In this document: one piece after another, positions 27,301 through 40,200 of the stretch
Layout of the letters: every line of letters starts with the position of its first letter
How positions within the stretch are numbered: the stretch's first letter is position 1
Origin: Takakia lepidozioides
Lineage: Eukaryota; Plantae; Bryophyta
Direction: 5' to 3'
DNA length: 64,000 nt
NCBI GenBank assembly: GCA_030704615.1
Contig: CM060731.1
Location: forward strand, 60,574,001 to 60,638,000
Made by a program: the position numbers and the translations under genes
Notes under the pieces: generated by a model
Seen by the model: the letters and a program-made list of their open reading frames with translations, nothing else
Database searches by the model: none
What the model was told of the DNA's origin: nothing

Positions 27301-29807
27301 CATTTTGATCCCATCCTGTGTAATCACATGCCCCAGAAACTCCACTTTTGTGACCCCAAATTCGCACTTTGAAGCTTTGGCATACAGCTTCCCTTCCCGC
27401 AATTTCTGGAACACCCTTTCGAGGTGCTCTAGGTGCTCCTCCTTTGTTTTCGAGTATACCAAGATGTCGTCGATGTACACGATCACAAAGTCATCTAGCC
27501 ACTCCTAGAAAAGGTTGTTTATCAGCGTGCTAAAGGTCGTGGGTGCGTTGGTGAGTCCAGAAAGCATCACCAAGAACTCATACGAACCATATCTTGTCCT
27601 GCACGCGGTTTTCTCCTCATCTCCTTCCGCCACTCGGATTTGATGGTAGCCGGAGCGCAAATTGATCCGGCTGAAATACTTTGCTCCTGCCAACCGATCG
27701 AAGAGGTCGTCGATTCTTGGCAAAGGGTACCGGTTCTTGATAGTCACCTTATTCAGAGCCCTGTAGTCGACACACATCCGCAGCGTCCCATCTTTTTTGT
27801 CTGCGAATAGCACCGGGGCTCCGTAAGGTGACTTACTCGGCCGGATGTACCCCTTTGACATTAGATCTTTAAGCTGAGTCTTCAGTTCGACCAACTCTCT
27901 GTGGCTCAACCGGTAGGGCGCCTTGGCAGGCGGCTCCGATCCCTTTTATCACCTCAATCTTGTGGTCAACTCCCCTTTGCGGTGGCAAGCCGCTTGGTAA
28001 ATCCTCCGGCATCACATCCTGGTATTTCTCCAAAATCCCTTTGATCCAATCTGGGCTCGGCTCCCCATCGCCTTCTCCCTTCACTTGTCTTATATAAAGC
28101 AAAAATGGGGGCTCGTGTGACTCCTCCACGACCCACTCCCTTGCTGACAGAAGGTTTATTTGCCCTCCCACGGGGTTGGGCATTTCCGACACTCGTAAAA
28201 CTTCGTCACCATTCCTACACGGTAGTGTGACTACTCTCTTGCGGCCATCTATGACCGCTCCGGATTTGCTCAAAAAGGTCATCCCCAAAATGAGATCCAC
28301 TCCATCGATCTCGCAAATGGTGAAGTTCTCACGTTCCTCCCAACTCCCGAGCTGAAGAGGAACATCGAACGCCAACCTCGTCGCCAATTGTGGTTCTCCT
28401 TTAGCAGAACGCACCTCAATAGAGGCCCCCACATCACTTGTCTGGAGTCCCAGCTTCCATGCCGTTGCCGGTGTCATGAAGGAGTGCGACGCTCCTGTGT
28501 CCACTAACAACGACACGTTAGTTCCGGAGATTATCCCACTCACAAACATTAATTGACTCCCTTTACGCAAGGCGCCAGTTTCCTGATACAACTCACAAGA
28601 GTAGTTGCCTACCTTGCAAGTCTTGGCGACCACCGTCTCCACCAAGCGGCTGATGGAAGCTTCGGACAACTCTGTGGTTGCCCGAGTCATGTTCAATTGC
28701 CGGGGATTCGTACACTTCTTGGTCATGTGCCCGGGCTCCCCACAATTGAAGCATACTCCATCGAAGGTCGCCTTTTGTCCGCCATAAGGCGTCGCACCTG
28801 ATTTTCCTTTCGGAGCACCAGGTATCGTCTTGGCGTGTGAAGGCCCTCCCTTCGATTTCCACGTGCCATTGTCGCCGCGTGGCCTATCCCACTTCTTTTC
28901 CGGTCGAAAGGAGTCACCTTCTCGCCGGGTCTTCTTGTGGTTCAGCTCCGTACGGCCTTGTCTCTCGCCCCTAGGGACATCCGAGAAACATTTAGCCCTC
29001 TCAATTGCCTCGTTCAAAGTCTTAGGTGGCTTCTCCTCCAATTTCCGTCTGGCCCATGGGGCGAGTCTCGCCACAAAGTTGAAGACCATTTCTGGTTCTG
29101 CTATGTCCGCGACTTCGAGCAACAACACATTGAAAGCCTGAACATATCCCCGAATGTCATCCGTTTGCTTCAGATTCCTCATCTTGTCCCGGGCGAGCCA
29201 TGACGCGTTGAGGGGCACAAACTGTCTCTTCATCGTTCCTTGAACCCACTCCAGCTCAAGGTTTTCGGGTTTGGACCTCGGTCGTGAAGGCGTTTCTGCC
29301 ACCATTGTTGAGCATATCCTCTCAAATAGGTGGGAACCACTTCCACCCGATCCTCGTCACTCAACTTGGCCGCCCAGAAGTACTGCTCTAGCTCCAAGAG
29401 CCAGGTGTTGAGTGCCTTCCGATTTCGGACGCCCTCGAAGGTGCCGGGTTCCTTAGGCTTCACCTTAAACTTTGCCTTAGTGGAAGTGACATTAGCCGCC
29501 TTCAGCACGCCTTTCAACGTCCCACCAAACTGCGTCAACAACCCTTCCCAAAAGGCTGCTGGCATGGGAGACATCTGTTGGTCTGTCGGAGCTCTCAGGG
29601 ATTCCTCGGGCTCCGACTCCTCAGATTCCTCCCGTTCTTGAGAGGCCTCGTTTTCAAAAGCATGCATCGCTTCCTCAAATGGCCGCTTCGGTGACACGTC
29701 GCCTCCATCGGGTTCACACTCATCTTTCGGGCCGTTCCGCTTTCGCTTTGGCTTGCCCGACCCCATGATGAGGCCGATCCCAAGGACGATCGCGTACTGA
29801 ACTCTAA

Positions 29808-29819
29808 GCTCTGATACCA
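29808..29819 (-). other. Primer-binding site complementary to initiator tRNA-Met
   Basis: Minus strand TGGTATCAGAGC, 2 nt downstream of the LTR-terminal CA. Confidence 0.92.
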
Positions 29820-29821
29820 AG

Positions 29822-30314
29822 TGTCGCGTACCTCACTTCGGTAAGCTCCCCTTTAAGTCATAGTTACTCGTTTTGATGCGCGCGCCTAACTCCCAACCTG
29901 GCCGCCGGGCCAACTCGGAGCTTCGGCTGCTCACCGGGACATAACGGTCCCTCTTTCTTCCCCCAACAGACCCTCCACCAATTTGGGCCTAGTGGAAATT
30001 CCCTTTGGTAGATGGCAGTCCGGAATAGCTCCCCACTCCTTGGTCGCTTTCCGGCTCGCTCGCTTACTCACTAGTTTTTGGTCACCAACGGGCTTGCACC
30101 GTTCTCGGGGTTACTACTCCCTATATATACTTCTGTGACTGTCCGCGGGGGTTTCACAAACAACCATGCCATTTTATGGCGAACCACCACGAAGACCCTC
30201 GATTCCCGGTGATGAGTCGCGGTGAGTCTTGGCCCACCCACCACGGCCCCATTGGACCGTGGTGAGTCCCAAGACTCCCCACGACTCCCACCACAAGGTC
30301 TCCGTCCCATGGTG
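29822..30314 (-). repeat. Distal about 490 bp of the 5' LTR of chromovirus copy 2
   Basis: Near-identical to 23596-24088. Similarity stops abruptly after ...cccatggtg. Confidence 0.92.
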
Positions 30315-33300
30315 CCAAAGGCTGCCATAAGGCATGCAGCAAGTGCATGTTGGTCGAGCATGCGAGGAGCCGGTGCCTGATATAAGTACACAGTAATGTT
30401 ATTGTAGGCATATAACAAGTCATCCAAGTGTGAGCTCTAGGGCCAGATTACTGCGTATTGAGGTGCTCACAGCATCTGGACTATGAAGTACAATCGGAGA
30501 AAATCCAGGGACCTCTTGCAATTTTGGATTCAACAGCAAGGGTTTTCTTCCACCTGGCTATGTTCATTGCACACCCTATGCTAGGATTCCTGCAGGACTG
30601 CCTGACATGTGTACAAATTATCTTAAGGAATAGTATGGTAATTCTGGGCAAATCATCCTCCCTTGTCTGATCGTCAACGAGGTACATTGTTTGGTAAGCA
30701 CTTAACCAAGTTTACTCATAACCAGACTACAAAGATGTACTAGAATTGACTATCAAAGCTTACCAAGCTCTGAATCAGCACAACCAACCCTCCTGTTTGA
30801 TGCCAACTCAAGCACTTCAGATGAAAGGCACTTCAAAATCGCTCACCTGTATGATGCTGGCAGCTCTCACCTGAGCGTTACTGACACGGATATATGCTTT
30901 GTTTATGACTTCCTGAGCTTTGCTCCTGATTTGCATTTTGACCAGAATGATGTGCTTATGGATGGAGTGGACGGGTGGAGAGCCCAATCAGGAGCTGAAG
31001 GGACTGGTGTGCAATGGCGCAAATGTGCTGCCAACTCGAGTTGTGGAGAATGCCTTTCATGATGAATTTGGTAGGTGCTTGCCTTGCCATGACTACATTG
31101 ATCATCAATACAAGACTATACTAGGGCCATTTTCACTGCAGGGAAACCCTGGGAACCATGACAGACTTAGGCTTTTACTTCGAATGGCCCTGCAGCAAGC
31201 CCTTGTAACTGCTGCAATGGAGTTTGAAAACCTGTTGACTAGTTCAAATTAGCTTTCTGCACAGTAAAATTCTGAAACAGTCTTTCTCAAGTTCTTGTCA
31301 AGAAAAACAGGTTTCCCATTCTTACATTCTGAACCTGCCCGCCAGGGCCCCCAATCCATTCTGTATTTCTTCTTAAAAGCAGGTTGTTGCAACATCAAAA
31401 CACTTGTTTGAGGAGATGCTCATTTTGGCTCCGGTTTGCATCCATGTAGGATTGCACAAAAAAGGTTTTAAAGTGTATGTGGCAAGTGATGCAGGAAAGG
31501 CGGTCAAATTTCAGCGACTCAATAGAGTGCTGGATACGTTAAATGGCTGGTAAAGAGATCGAGGCCTTCTTGGCCAGGTCAGGAAACTTTCCTTGCTGAC
31601 ATCTGGCAGTGGATCTGAATGTTCATCCTTGCACGCACTCTGTAAGACTTTTGGTTGAACATGGTGTTAGGACATGGGGCTAAGTCCCCCTATGTAGGAT
31701 CTCATGCAGGTGCCTCTCAAAGTAGGCAGGCAACCAGTTTCCAATGAGGACACCAATGAGGACACCAGGGAAGCCCTGGCAGTGAGAATGGTCCAATGTA
31801 GACACATGGAAAGGTGCATTTCCTGCATGCAAGCAGCAGAAGCCCTGATTTTAAGTGGGTGGTTTAATGTGGGTAACTGCTTCTGTTCACTTGCTACTAG
31901 CTCCCAATGGTATCAAATTGGGGTGGATGCAGGTCACAGATCTTGAAATACTTTCAGATGGTGTGATCAGAGTGCAAGTAGCAGAAGCAGAGGTTCACAA
32001 CATCAATATTAGGTTCCTGGACAGAAAAACGTAGGTTGTCTCTCCTAAACCAACTGAAGAGCATCTCCCAAAGGGGCTCAGTCGCCTGGGTCCATTGACA
32101 AGTGTTGTGAGCATTGCGCTGGCTGACATGCCAGACTTTGGCAGCCATTGTCCTTTAATGATGCTTCTCTTAAACCCCATGGGTGCTTTCCCATCCACTT
32201 ACAGTAGTGCTGTGTTGCTTTGTTCGCTTCTTGCTGTATCTGTCTAGCATCTTGGGCAAGAACTGTCCATGGACTGCAACAAGGCGGTACTGATTGTTGT
32301 GGCATTTTGTCTGATGTGATTTGTGCAGTGGAGAGCCAACCATGGGCAAAACTTGTCCAGAGACAATACTTCGGCAGCTCACAACAAAGAAAGGACAGGT
32401 AGGCAGGTCTGTCCGTGTAAAATGGTGGCCGTGGAAGATGCTGAATTGCAGGGTTATGTTTTTAGTGCAGATATGGTATGCAACATCTGTGCATACTGTT
32501 TGCCTTACTTTCAAGTGTTCTTGTGTGGTGGATGTAGGTCTACAGTCTGCAACAGGGAAGGTGGGATGTGGAGACGGTGTTTACAATGGGCATAATGGAA
32601 GATGTGAACCTTGTGCCGCAGCCTGCTGGTGGTATGCTCTTAGGCCTTGGCTGGTTTATAATGCATTTGAGTGGAAGGATGAGGATGATGTGGTGTTGGT
32701 GTATCTCACAGCCCTGTTGTTGGTATGTTTCTTAAATTGGAGGTGTTTCCATGTGACGAGCTGTTGCTGGTCACTATGATATAGGGAACGTCTTGATGGG
32801 GGTCAGACATGGGCACGGTGGATCTGACTAATGTAGTGGAGTGGGTGACAGGAGGCTTCTCGGCGGGGGGTGGCCTATCAGGCAATGGGTGGGCTCCGCA
32901 GACTCATTTGCACCCAATTGTGTTCTGTTGCATTTATGTTATTGCTGTGGCATATTCGTCAGAAGTGGGTGTAGATTGGTTGTGATGTAAGTGCACGGCT
33001 CCCAGTGTTGACAGGGTTAAGCTTGCTGGTTTATGCAAGGTTATACAACCAGGCTTGCTTATGCCCATATCTTTGTTTCATTTGGTGACTAATATGCAAC
33101 AGTGCTGAGATGCATGGGGCCTGATTGTTCCCCAAGTTACTCAAGAAAGTCGCCGTGGAGCATCCAAATAGCTATTAAGGACTTCACTGCTTGCATGCAA
33201 TTATATTGGAGGCCAAGGCTGTCTTACCTGTTGTGCATTGTGTGGCAGCATTACAAATGGAGCCCTGTCAGGTCTTGTTGGAAGGTTTGGTTTTTCCTGG

Positions 33301-34786
33301 ACCTCTCAGTGAGTGGCTATGATGAAGGGGCAGTTGGCTCGGGACGGTCATGTGTTGTTGCAAGTGGTGAAGTCACAATGCCCACTCGTACGTACTCTCC
33401 TTTATACTGAACTTTGTTGTTGTTCCAAAACACAACAAAGAACTTCACATCTTGCATTGAAAGGAGTTCCTATCCAGTAGATCACCTGGTAGGATAAGTC
33501 TTCCCTTGGGTGGCTGCTTCAGAATTCTTTGAAAGGAGCTGTCAGGTCGTTCTGGATATCTGGTGTGGTAGTCAAACATCTGCGGAGGTCCTTCTACTCC
33601 TACTCACCTCTAGATCTGAAGTTCAGATAAAGTGGCATCTTTTGATTTATACTACCTACTTGGACCTGTAATATGCATTCCTGTGCAGTTTGGACCTGTG
33701 GAAGGAGCCGTTTTTGCAGATTATGTTACAGATTTGGGCTCCGGACACCCTTGCGGTTAATTGTGGTTAATTGTGGTGATAGGTTGAGTGGATTGGATGG
33801 GGTTGGCGTTGCATGCTCAGGTGATCCCACAGGAGTGCGAGGGAAGCCCGGGACTGGTTATGGCTATGGAGCTGTTCTTCGAGTGGACTTGGAGCTGGTC
33901 TTCCAGTGGGCCCCCCATTGGGGCCCTTGCGCTTAGAGTATGCCCTTAACAATAATCATGCACGCAGGTTCCACTTTGGAATTGCCTCTCTGAATTAAGG
34001 CCATGCCCTCTCTGGGCTTTCAGCTGAAGTACTTCAGAAATCATCCTTTGCCATTTTCAATTAGCTGGCAAGGATTTTGTGAGGAATAAATTTTCTTCTC
34101 TTAGCAACCGAGCACCACTGTGAACCTACATTCTGATGACATCAAGGTATGGAATATGCATTATCAGCACGGATACTGGAAGTGTCTCACAAGCAATCTA
34201 ATCTAGTCAGCACTTCATACTTATTACAACCATGCCTCCTTTCCCAGTAGGTTGATGCTTGCCCACTCTAGTGGCCCACTTCTCAATACTGTACTTTGTA
34301 AGTACCCCATAGGCACACTGAATCTACCAACCAGACACCATCTCATGCAAACCTGAACATGTCTCCTTTCCAAACTCAGGAAGGGACAGACTTTAGTTCT
34401 GCCAGTTTCAGTTCACAACTACCACTTATTCAGGCTTGCCAATGTCAAACAACAAGCCAGTTGTCCCTCTTATCTATGTCCTCTCAGAACCTTCAAATCT
34501 GACCTGGGTATGCCAGAGGTCCAAGCATTCAGTTCCTGAGAACAAACTGTCCTTGCTCTATTGGAGTCCTGCAGGTCTTTAATGTTTCCAGTAATAGGCT
34601 CACTAGTGCAGTCCCATTCCCTGTCAATGCTTCAGCTCTCAAGGTTTTGGATCCGAGCAACATTGCTCTGTCATGCACACAGCCTTCAAAAGCAAACCAC
34701 CTCTAGACAGCCAAGTTGTGAAATCCATCATGTTTAACTCAGCACACAGTCTCAAGCTCAGCAAGTAAGACGGTCATACAAGACAA

Positions 34787-35053
34787 CTACGGGGGCAGGG
34801 CACCTAACAACCCCGCTTGTTGGCTCTCAAGATCCAACATTTGCTGCTCCCGGTCCATCTCGATGATGAGCGGCACCACCAGCACCAGGAACGAGGTTCC
34901 TGCAATCCACGCAGCCTTGCCCGTGCTCCATAGCAGCTTCTTGCTAAACCGCGCCGTGTTGTCGGCTGCCCTCCTCCCCTTCTGCACCACCGAAGACTGC
35001 TGCACACTGCTCCCCACCCGCGCCCACACCTTGTCGCTCCCCTTCTCCGCCAT
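34787..35053 (-). CDS. TOM9: Mitochondrial import receptor subunit TOM9/TOM22 (plant type), single exon, 88 aa
   Basis: MAEKGS...KKLLWSTGKAAWIAGTSFLVLVVPLIIEMDREQQ, the characteristic plant TOM22/TOM9 transmembrane motif. Confidence 0.93.
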   Translation of the reverse strand: MAEKGSDKVWARVGSSVQQSSVVQKGRRAADNTARFSKKLLWSTGKAAWIAGTSFLVLVVPLIIEMDREQQMLDLESQQAGLLGALPP

Positions 35054-37257
35054 CGCCCCCCACCTTCCCTCTCTGTGTTTGTGTGTGTGTGCAACCTCCC
35101 TCGCTCCTCCTCCTCCCCCTCCGCAGCCCACCCACTCCTCTGCTCTAACCCTAATGCTATTGAAGACTGCTTACAAATTTGGTTGACTGATTCGTTGACA
35201 TACTGATGGGAAAAAGTTATTTAATCTCAATTACCTGTTTAAAAACAAAATCTCATTTGTGTGACTATTATCTGCACTACATGCCATACCCCTCTTCCGC
35301 TTAGGCTGATCGAAGGACAGCTGAGCCTTGGACTTGCCCTTCCTAAGGCTCCGCCGGTGATGCCAGTTCACCTCAGCCTCCTCTGCATCATTGGGGGAGT
35401 GCTTGGCGCTAACAGCACTTCCAGCAGGCCGGGAATGCGTAACTTGTTCCTTTGAAAGCTGTTTGCAGATGAGATTTCCCTTAAGCTTACCCCAAGAGAT
35501 ATCGAAGGCTGCGAGATGGATCTGCTGATGCATTTTGTAATGGAAGATAGACGGATGGCAAACAGAAGATCAGGTTGATCTTCTCTTCTTTCCTCCTGCT
35601 TCAGAGGTTGGCACTAACCGAACAGTAGGGATTGCTGGACTTGACAAAACTCTCCTCTGATTGAAAATGACCACCTGGGTTCAGCTTCAGGGCAGCCTCA
35701 ACCAGCTGGCCCCTTAGCCACTGAGAAAGAACCACACCGCTTGAAGCCACACACTCTTTATAGAGAGGGAGATAGGCAACAGTGACTTGAAACTGCAATG
35801 GAAGTTCTTGTAGGTGAATTATCCCATATCGATTGCCCAAAAGTGATGAGGTTCTTTTTTCTTTTGGGCTTGTTGTTTCTTTTTCCACAACTCCTTTTCT
35901 ACAGGGCACTGTTTGTGACCTGTCCCCTTTCATTTTACAAAATAATTAAATATTTTAAAATACAGGCAATTTAATTTTGATGGATGAATGACATGGATTC
36001 TGTACAGATACGTATTTTACACGATTTGCTTATAAAGACGGCAGCGTAATCTTATTCTAAATGCCATGACCTAACTTCACCCAAGCTGGCAGTCACGGGT
36101 CTTGCTTTTTTATTTTATTTTATTTTATTTCTTTTTTAATTTGACCTTTAAAGAAAAAACGACCCTGTTCTCCAGAAAAAAAAAAAAAAACGAAAAAGCG
36201 AAAAAACCAATAAGTCAACTCAATTATTCGTTCTCGATTTATTGTAGCATATTGTAGATCATTTAGATGCGAGAACGTTAAGCAGCGAAGGGTTGGGTGA
36301 CCTGAAGAGGGGTCGGGCGACCGGGCCTTCACGCGTGCGACCTCCACCCTGCTGTTGCCAAGGGAAGGTCGAGAGGAAGAGAGGGAGACACTTGTGGGGA
36401 GGAGATCAGCGGGAGCCTAGCACCTGCATTAACAAAGCTTTTGATCACATTCCGATGCGCGTTTGGCCTAGGTTTACTTGACGGTGGAAGACAAGCTTGC
36501 TTATAGGTCATTCAAAGTCCTTCCAGGCAGGCTCGATTTACCTTGTTGCGACCTGACGCAGGGCTCTCTGCAATCCGTGAAATCAAGGTCTTGTGCTTCT
36601 TCAACTTTACCTGGATACAAATCCAAATCTGGACTTGATTCATTGTTCCTTTTCCGGGTTTGATGTATGTGCTTTGGTTTGACATAGTCTCTGCTTACGA
36701 GGTGATGGAGATAGCGCATGAGAGACAAGGAGGAAGAGGAAAAATATCGTCACGTCCATTATCGGGAATTGCGAAACTCACTTTTTGGAAATCTTCGTGT
36801 CTCCAGATTGCCGGGGCGATTTACAGCATCCCTGTCCACATAATTCATAGAAATTCTGATTGGAGCTAAATCGGCACGTGAAGATCTGAGTAGTGTGTGT
36901 TTAGAATGCAATTAAAGGACTATGCTGTAGTTGTTGCGATGGAGGTTTTCGACGGGAGGATAAAGGAGCCGAGGAACTCTAGACCAGTGCGATCGATTGT
37001 GTCTGACCATTCTACTTTGGCGACGTCAGATCTTGCCAACGTATTAGTTGTGTCAGTCTATTTGGGAGCCCTGTTGTGTGACTAAGAAAAGGAAAACATC
37101 CTTTGTGAGAGAATCATTCCGATGTTTTCGGACTGTGCTCCCCGAATTTGTTATACTCCTGTGCTGAAATGGAAACCCTAACGTCATACGATAAGTGGAC
37201 ACCTATTCAATGAAGGAATGTGCACCTTTTGCAGACACAGGAACGCATATTGAAGAG

Positions 37258-40200
37258 ATGGAGGACTGCTGTGCGGTATGTGCAGAGCCACTTGAGTGGG
37301 TGGCATATGGACCCTGTGGGCATCGGGAAGTTTGTTTCACCTGCACTGCCCGCATGCGATTTGTAATGAACGACAAGCATTGTTGCATTTGCAAGCAAGA
37401 GTGCTCTTTCGTCTTTGTTACCAAGGTTTGTCTTCTCTTTTCTAACTCACAAGGTTCCTGAGTACTCAAAGGTCACTTATATCCATATTGTCATTTGAAG
37501 ATACTTGAGAGGTTACAGAAAGTGGTTGACAATTGCCACATGTGTTTGTCCTGAATGAATTGTCTTTACACAAGTTGTTTCCTCTGCTATCAAGTGCAGT
37601 GTGAGTAGCAGATGTCAGTAGCACCTCTAAGATCCACTCTTTCTGTTATCCGATACGACTGGTGTTCTATTTCGGCACATTTGAATCTAAGTAGAAGAAT
37701 ATTTGTCACTTCTCTTATTGAGTTGCAACTGAGTGGTTCAGGTGCGCTGGCTCTTTGACAGGCATTGGGAGATTATACCAAAGTCATACCAAACTTCAGC
37801 ACATTGCCAGAACAGCTCGAGATCAAAGAGACGGGTGGGAATCGTATCTGGTATGAGAGTAATGTGGAAGCCTACTTTGATGATGAGGAGCCGTTCCAAC
37901 TCATCAAAGCCATGTGCCGACTTTGCTGTAACATATGTGAGCAGACCTCCTTGGCAGAAGTGGAGGACAGTCCGCCGAAGGGCACAGTAAAGAAGGGTCA
38001 CATGTTTAAGAGCATTGAATCGCTGCGCCGCCACCATTTTACGACACACAAGCTCCTCATGTGTGGATTGTGCTTGGAAGGACGTAAGGTGAATCTCTTT
38101 CTTGGACTGGCATTTCATCATATCCAGTGGCTGAACTTTACACTTTTTTTGTCAATGATTGTTTTCTCGACAAAGGCTCTTCTGTACACTTTTATCGCCT
38201 TCAGTGCTGTCCTGCTTAAACATTCGCTCAGGAAAACCCTTTGGCACATGTGTATGTTGATTCCTTAAAGAGCCATCGTGACGAGTTGCAAATTTCAAAG
38301 TCCCAACTATAGCTTCTGTTGTGGCCTTTAGCTGGCACTGCTATTCTGCTCATTCTGAGTTAGCTGTCCATCGAAGGTGTAGACCTATCGGCCTTACAAT
38401 AGAAGAAGCATTATATAATATTGACTCAATTCTACAAATTATTAGGTTGTCGATTAGTGTGTGGAAGGCATGCAGGTGTAACATCGCTGTTGCACTGGTC
38501 TGCACAGGTGTTCATCTGTGAGCAGAAGCTATACACACGGACACAACTGGATCGTCATGCCTCCAAGGGGGATACTGACGTGGATGGCACTGAAGAGGAG
38601 AGAGGGGGTTTTGCAGGGCACCCCATGTGTGCTTTCTGTAGGAAGCGTTTCTATGGAGACAATGAGCTCTATCAGCACATGTCCACGGAGCATTACACTT
38701 GTCACCTTTGTCAACGGTAATCATAAGCATTCAAGTGACCATGTGCCTTCTCTCCCCTTTGAGGGTCTGTCTGTCTGTTATGTGAGACACATTTTCTCTA
38801 CAAAGCTGCTACTGCACTTGTTGGCCACATTTATTGCTGTCGGATAGGGTAGAATTAAAGTGATGTACCTGTTTAACATGCCTAAGTAGAGGAGGAGAGA
38901 GGGGTAGGGAAGGTACTTTTGTGGTTAGACATTTTTTGTCAATATGGTATTGTTTGTAGAGAGATATAGAGGACAAAGATAGCCCTCCTGAGCCGCTTGG
39001 AACAGACCTACCTGTAAAGGCAGGTACTATGCATCCATGTGTAGGAAAGTACACAAACACAATATTAGGTGGAATGATGACAAACTTCTTCCTAGGTATT
39101 CCCGTTTCTTACCATGTGTGGTGTGCAGGTCAAGGCCTGGTCATTATGAGTATTATCGCAACTATGATGACTTGGAGGTAAGTTGGTGTGAGTGCTTGCT
39201 CTTCCACAGTAGGGTAGTACACAATGGTGTCTTACCATGCAAACTAGGATGGCAGGCAAAATGCAGGCCTAAGTCCGTACTATTATCTTTCTTTTATATA
39301 GTACTGCGAAAGGCAAGAAAATGCATGTAACCACTGTGATCGACCACCTAGTTCGTCAAATGATTTTTATTGTACATCAAGCTGAGGGGTTAGATGGGGG
39401 TGGAATAGAGGACAATGCTCTCCCAAATGTCTTCTGTGAAACAGGTGGCTATTTTTTTTTATGCAGAGAGCATGTTCTACCTAATGGTGATGTCAATCTT
39501 GATTGTGGGTGACGGCTGGGGCCATAGATGCATTTTCGGAATGACCATGTACTCTGTGAGCACAGTGACTGCCTTGCCAAGAAATTTGTGGTCTTTACCA
39601 GTGATGCCGAGTTGAAGGTATTCTTCCATGCCGATTGGGGCTTGGAGTTAGTGAGTTCCTCTGCTTACATGGACATGCCTTGTAAAGATGACGAACAAGT
39701 TCAGCTTCTGTGTGGTTTCGTACATTATTTGGGAGAATAGCATGATGGATTATTGCTTGCCCACAACTGCTGTGGCAGAGCATGGCATACCCAACCTCTT
39801 TGTCCTCCCACATGCCTATCACTGATCTGTTATGCCTGGTGTCCTTAAATGATGGCTAGTGTCAGACTGAAGGAGCCATTTTTGGTAGGTGTATTGATAA
39901 ATGGGTGATGTGTTTGGTGATTGTCATGATCTCTTCAGCGTCATAATGCCACTACTCATGGAGGGAACATGTCACGTTCTCAACGTAATGCTGCACTTCA
40001 GGTATTCCCACTGGCCAATAACTTGTCACATGCGTGGGAGTTGTACATTGATATGAGGAGTTGTATATTTACAACCATTTGAACTGTCTGACGATGTAGA
40101 GATATTTCTTATGGGATCAGTTGCAACTTTCTGTTTCCTCAGATTCCGGTGAGCTTTCACTTTCGACGGCCTGGGCAGGACTCTGGAGAAGATGGTGGAA

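Larger units (their letters stand above)
23596..30314 (-). mobile_element. Ty3/Gypsy chromovirus LTR retrotransposon, copy 2 (near full length, frameshifted gag-pol)
   Basis: 3' LTR 23596-24336. gag from ATG 29766 (KPKEPGTFEG, zinc knuckle), then protease, RT, RNase H, integrase and chromodomain to stop 25242, with several frameshifts and stops. PBS 29808-29819. Partial 5' LTR 29822-30314. TSD CGGGG (23591-23595 on the minus strand). Confidence 0.96.

Noticed and set aside
35231-36900. Short ORFs between TOM9 and ZNF598
   Set aside because: No family features; probably divergent promoter, 5' UTR and intron sequence.
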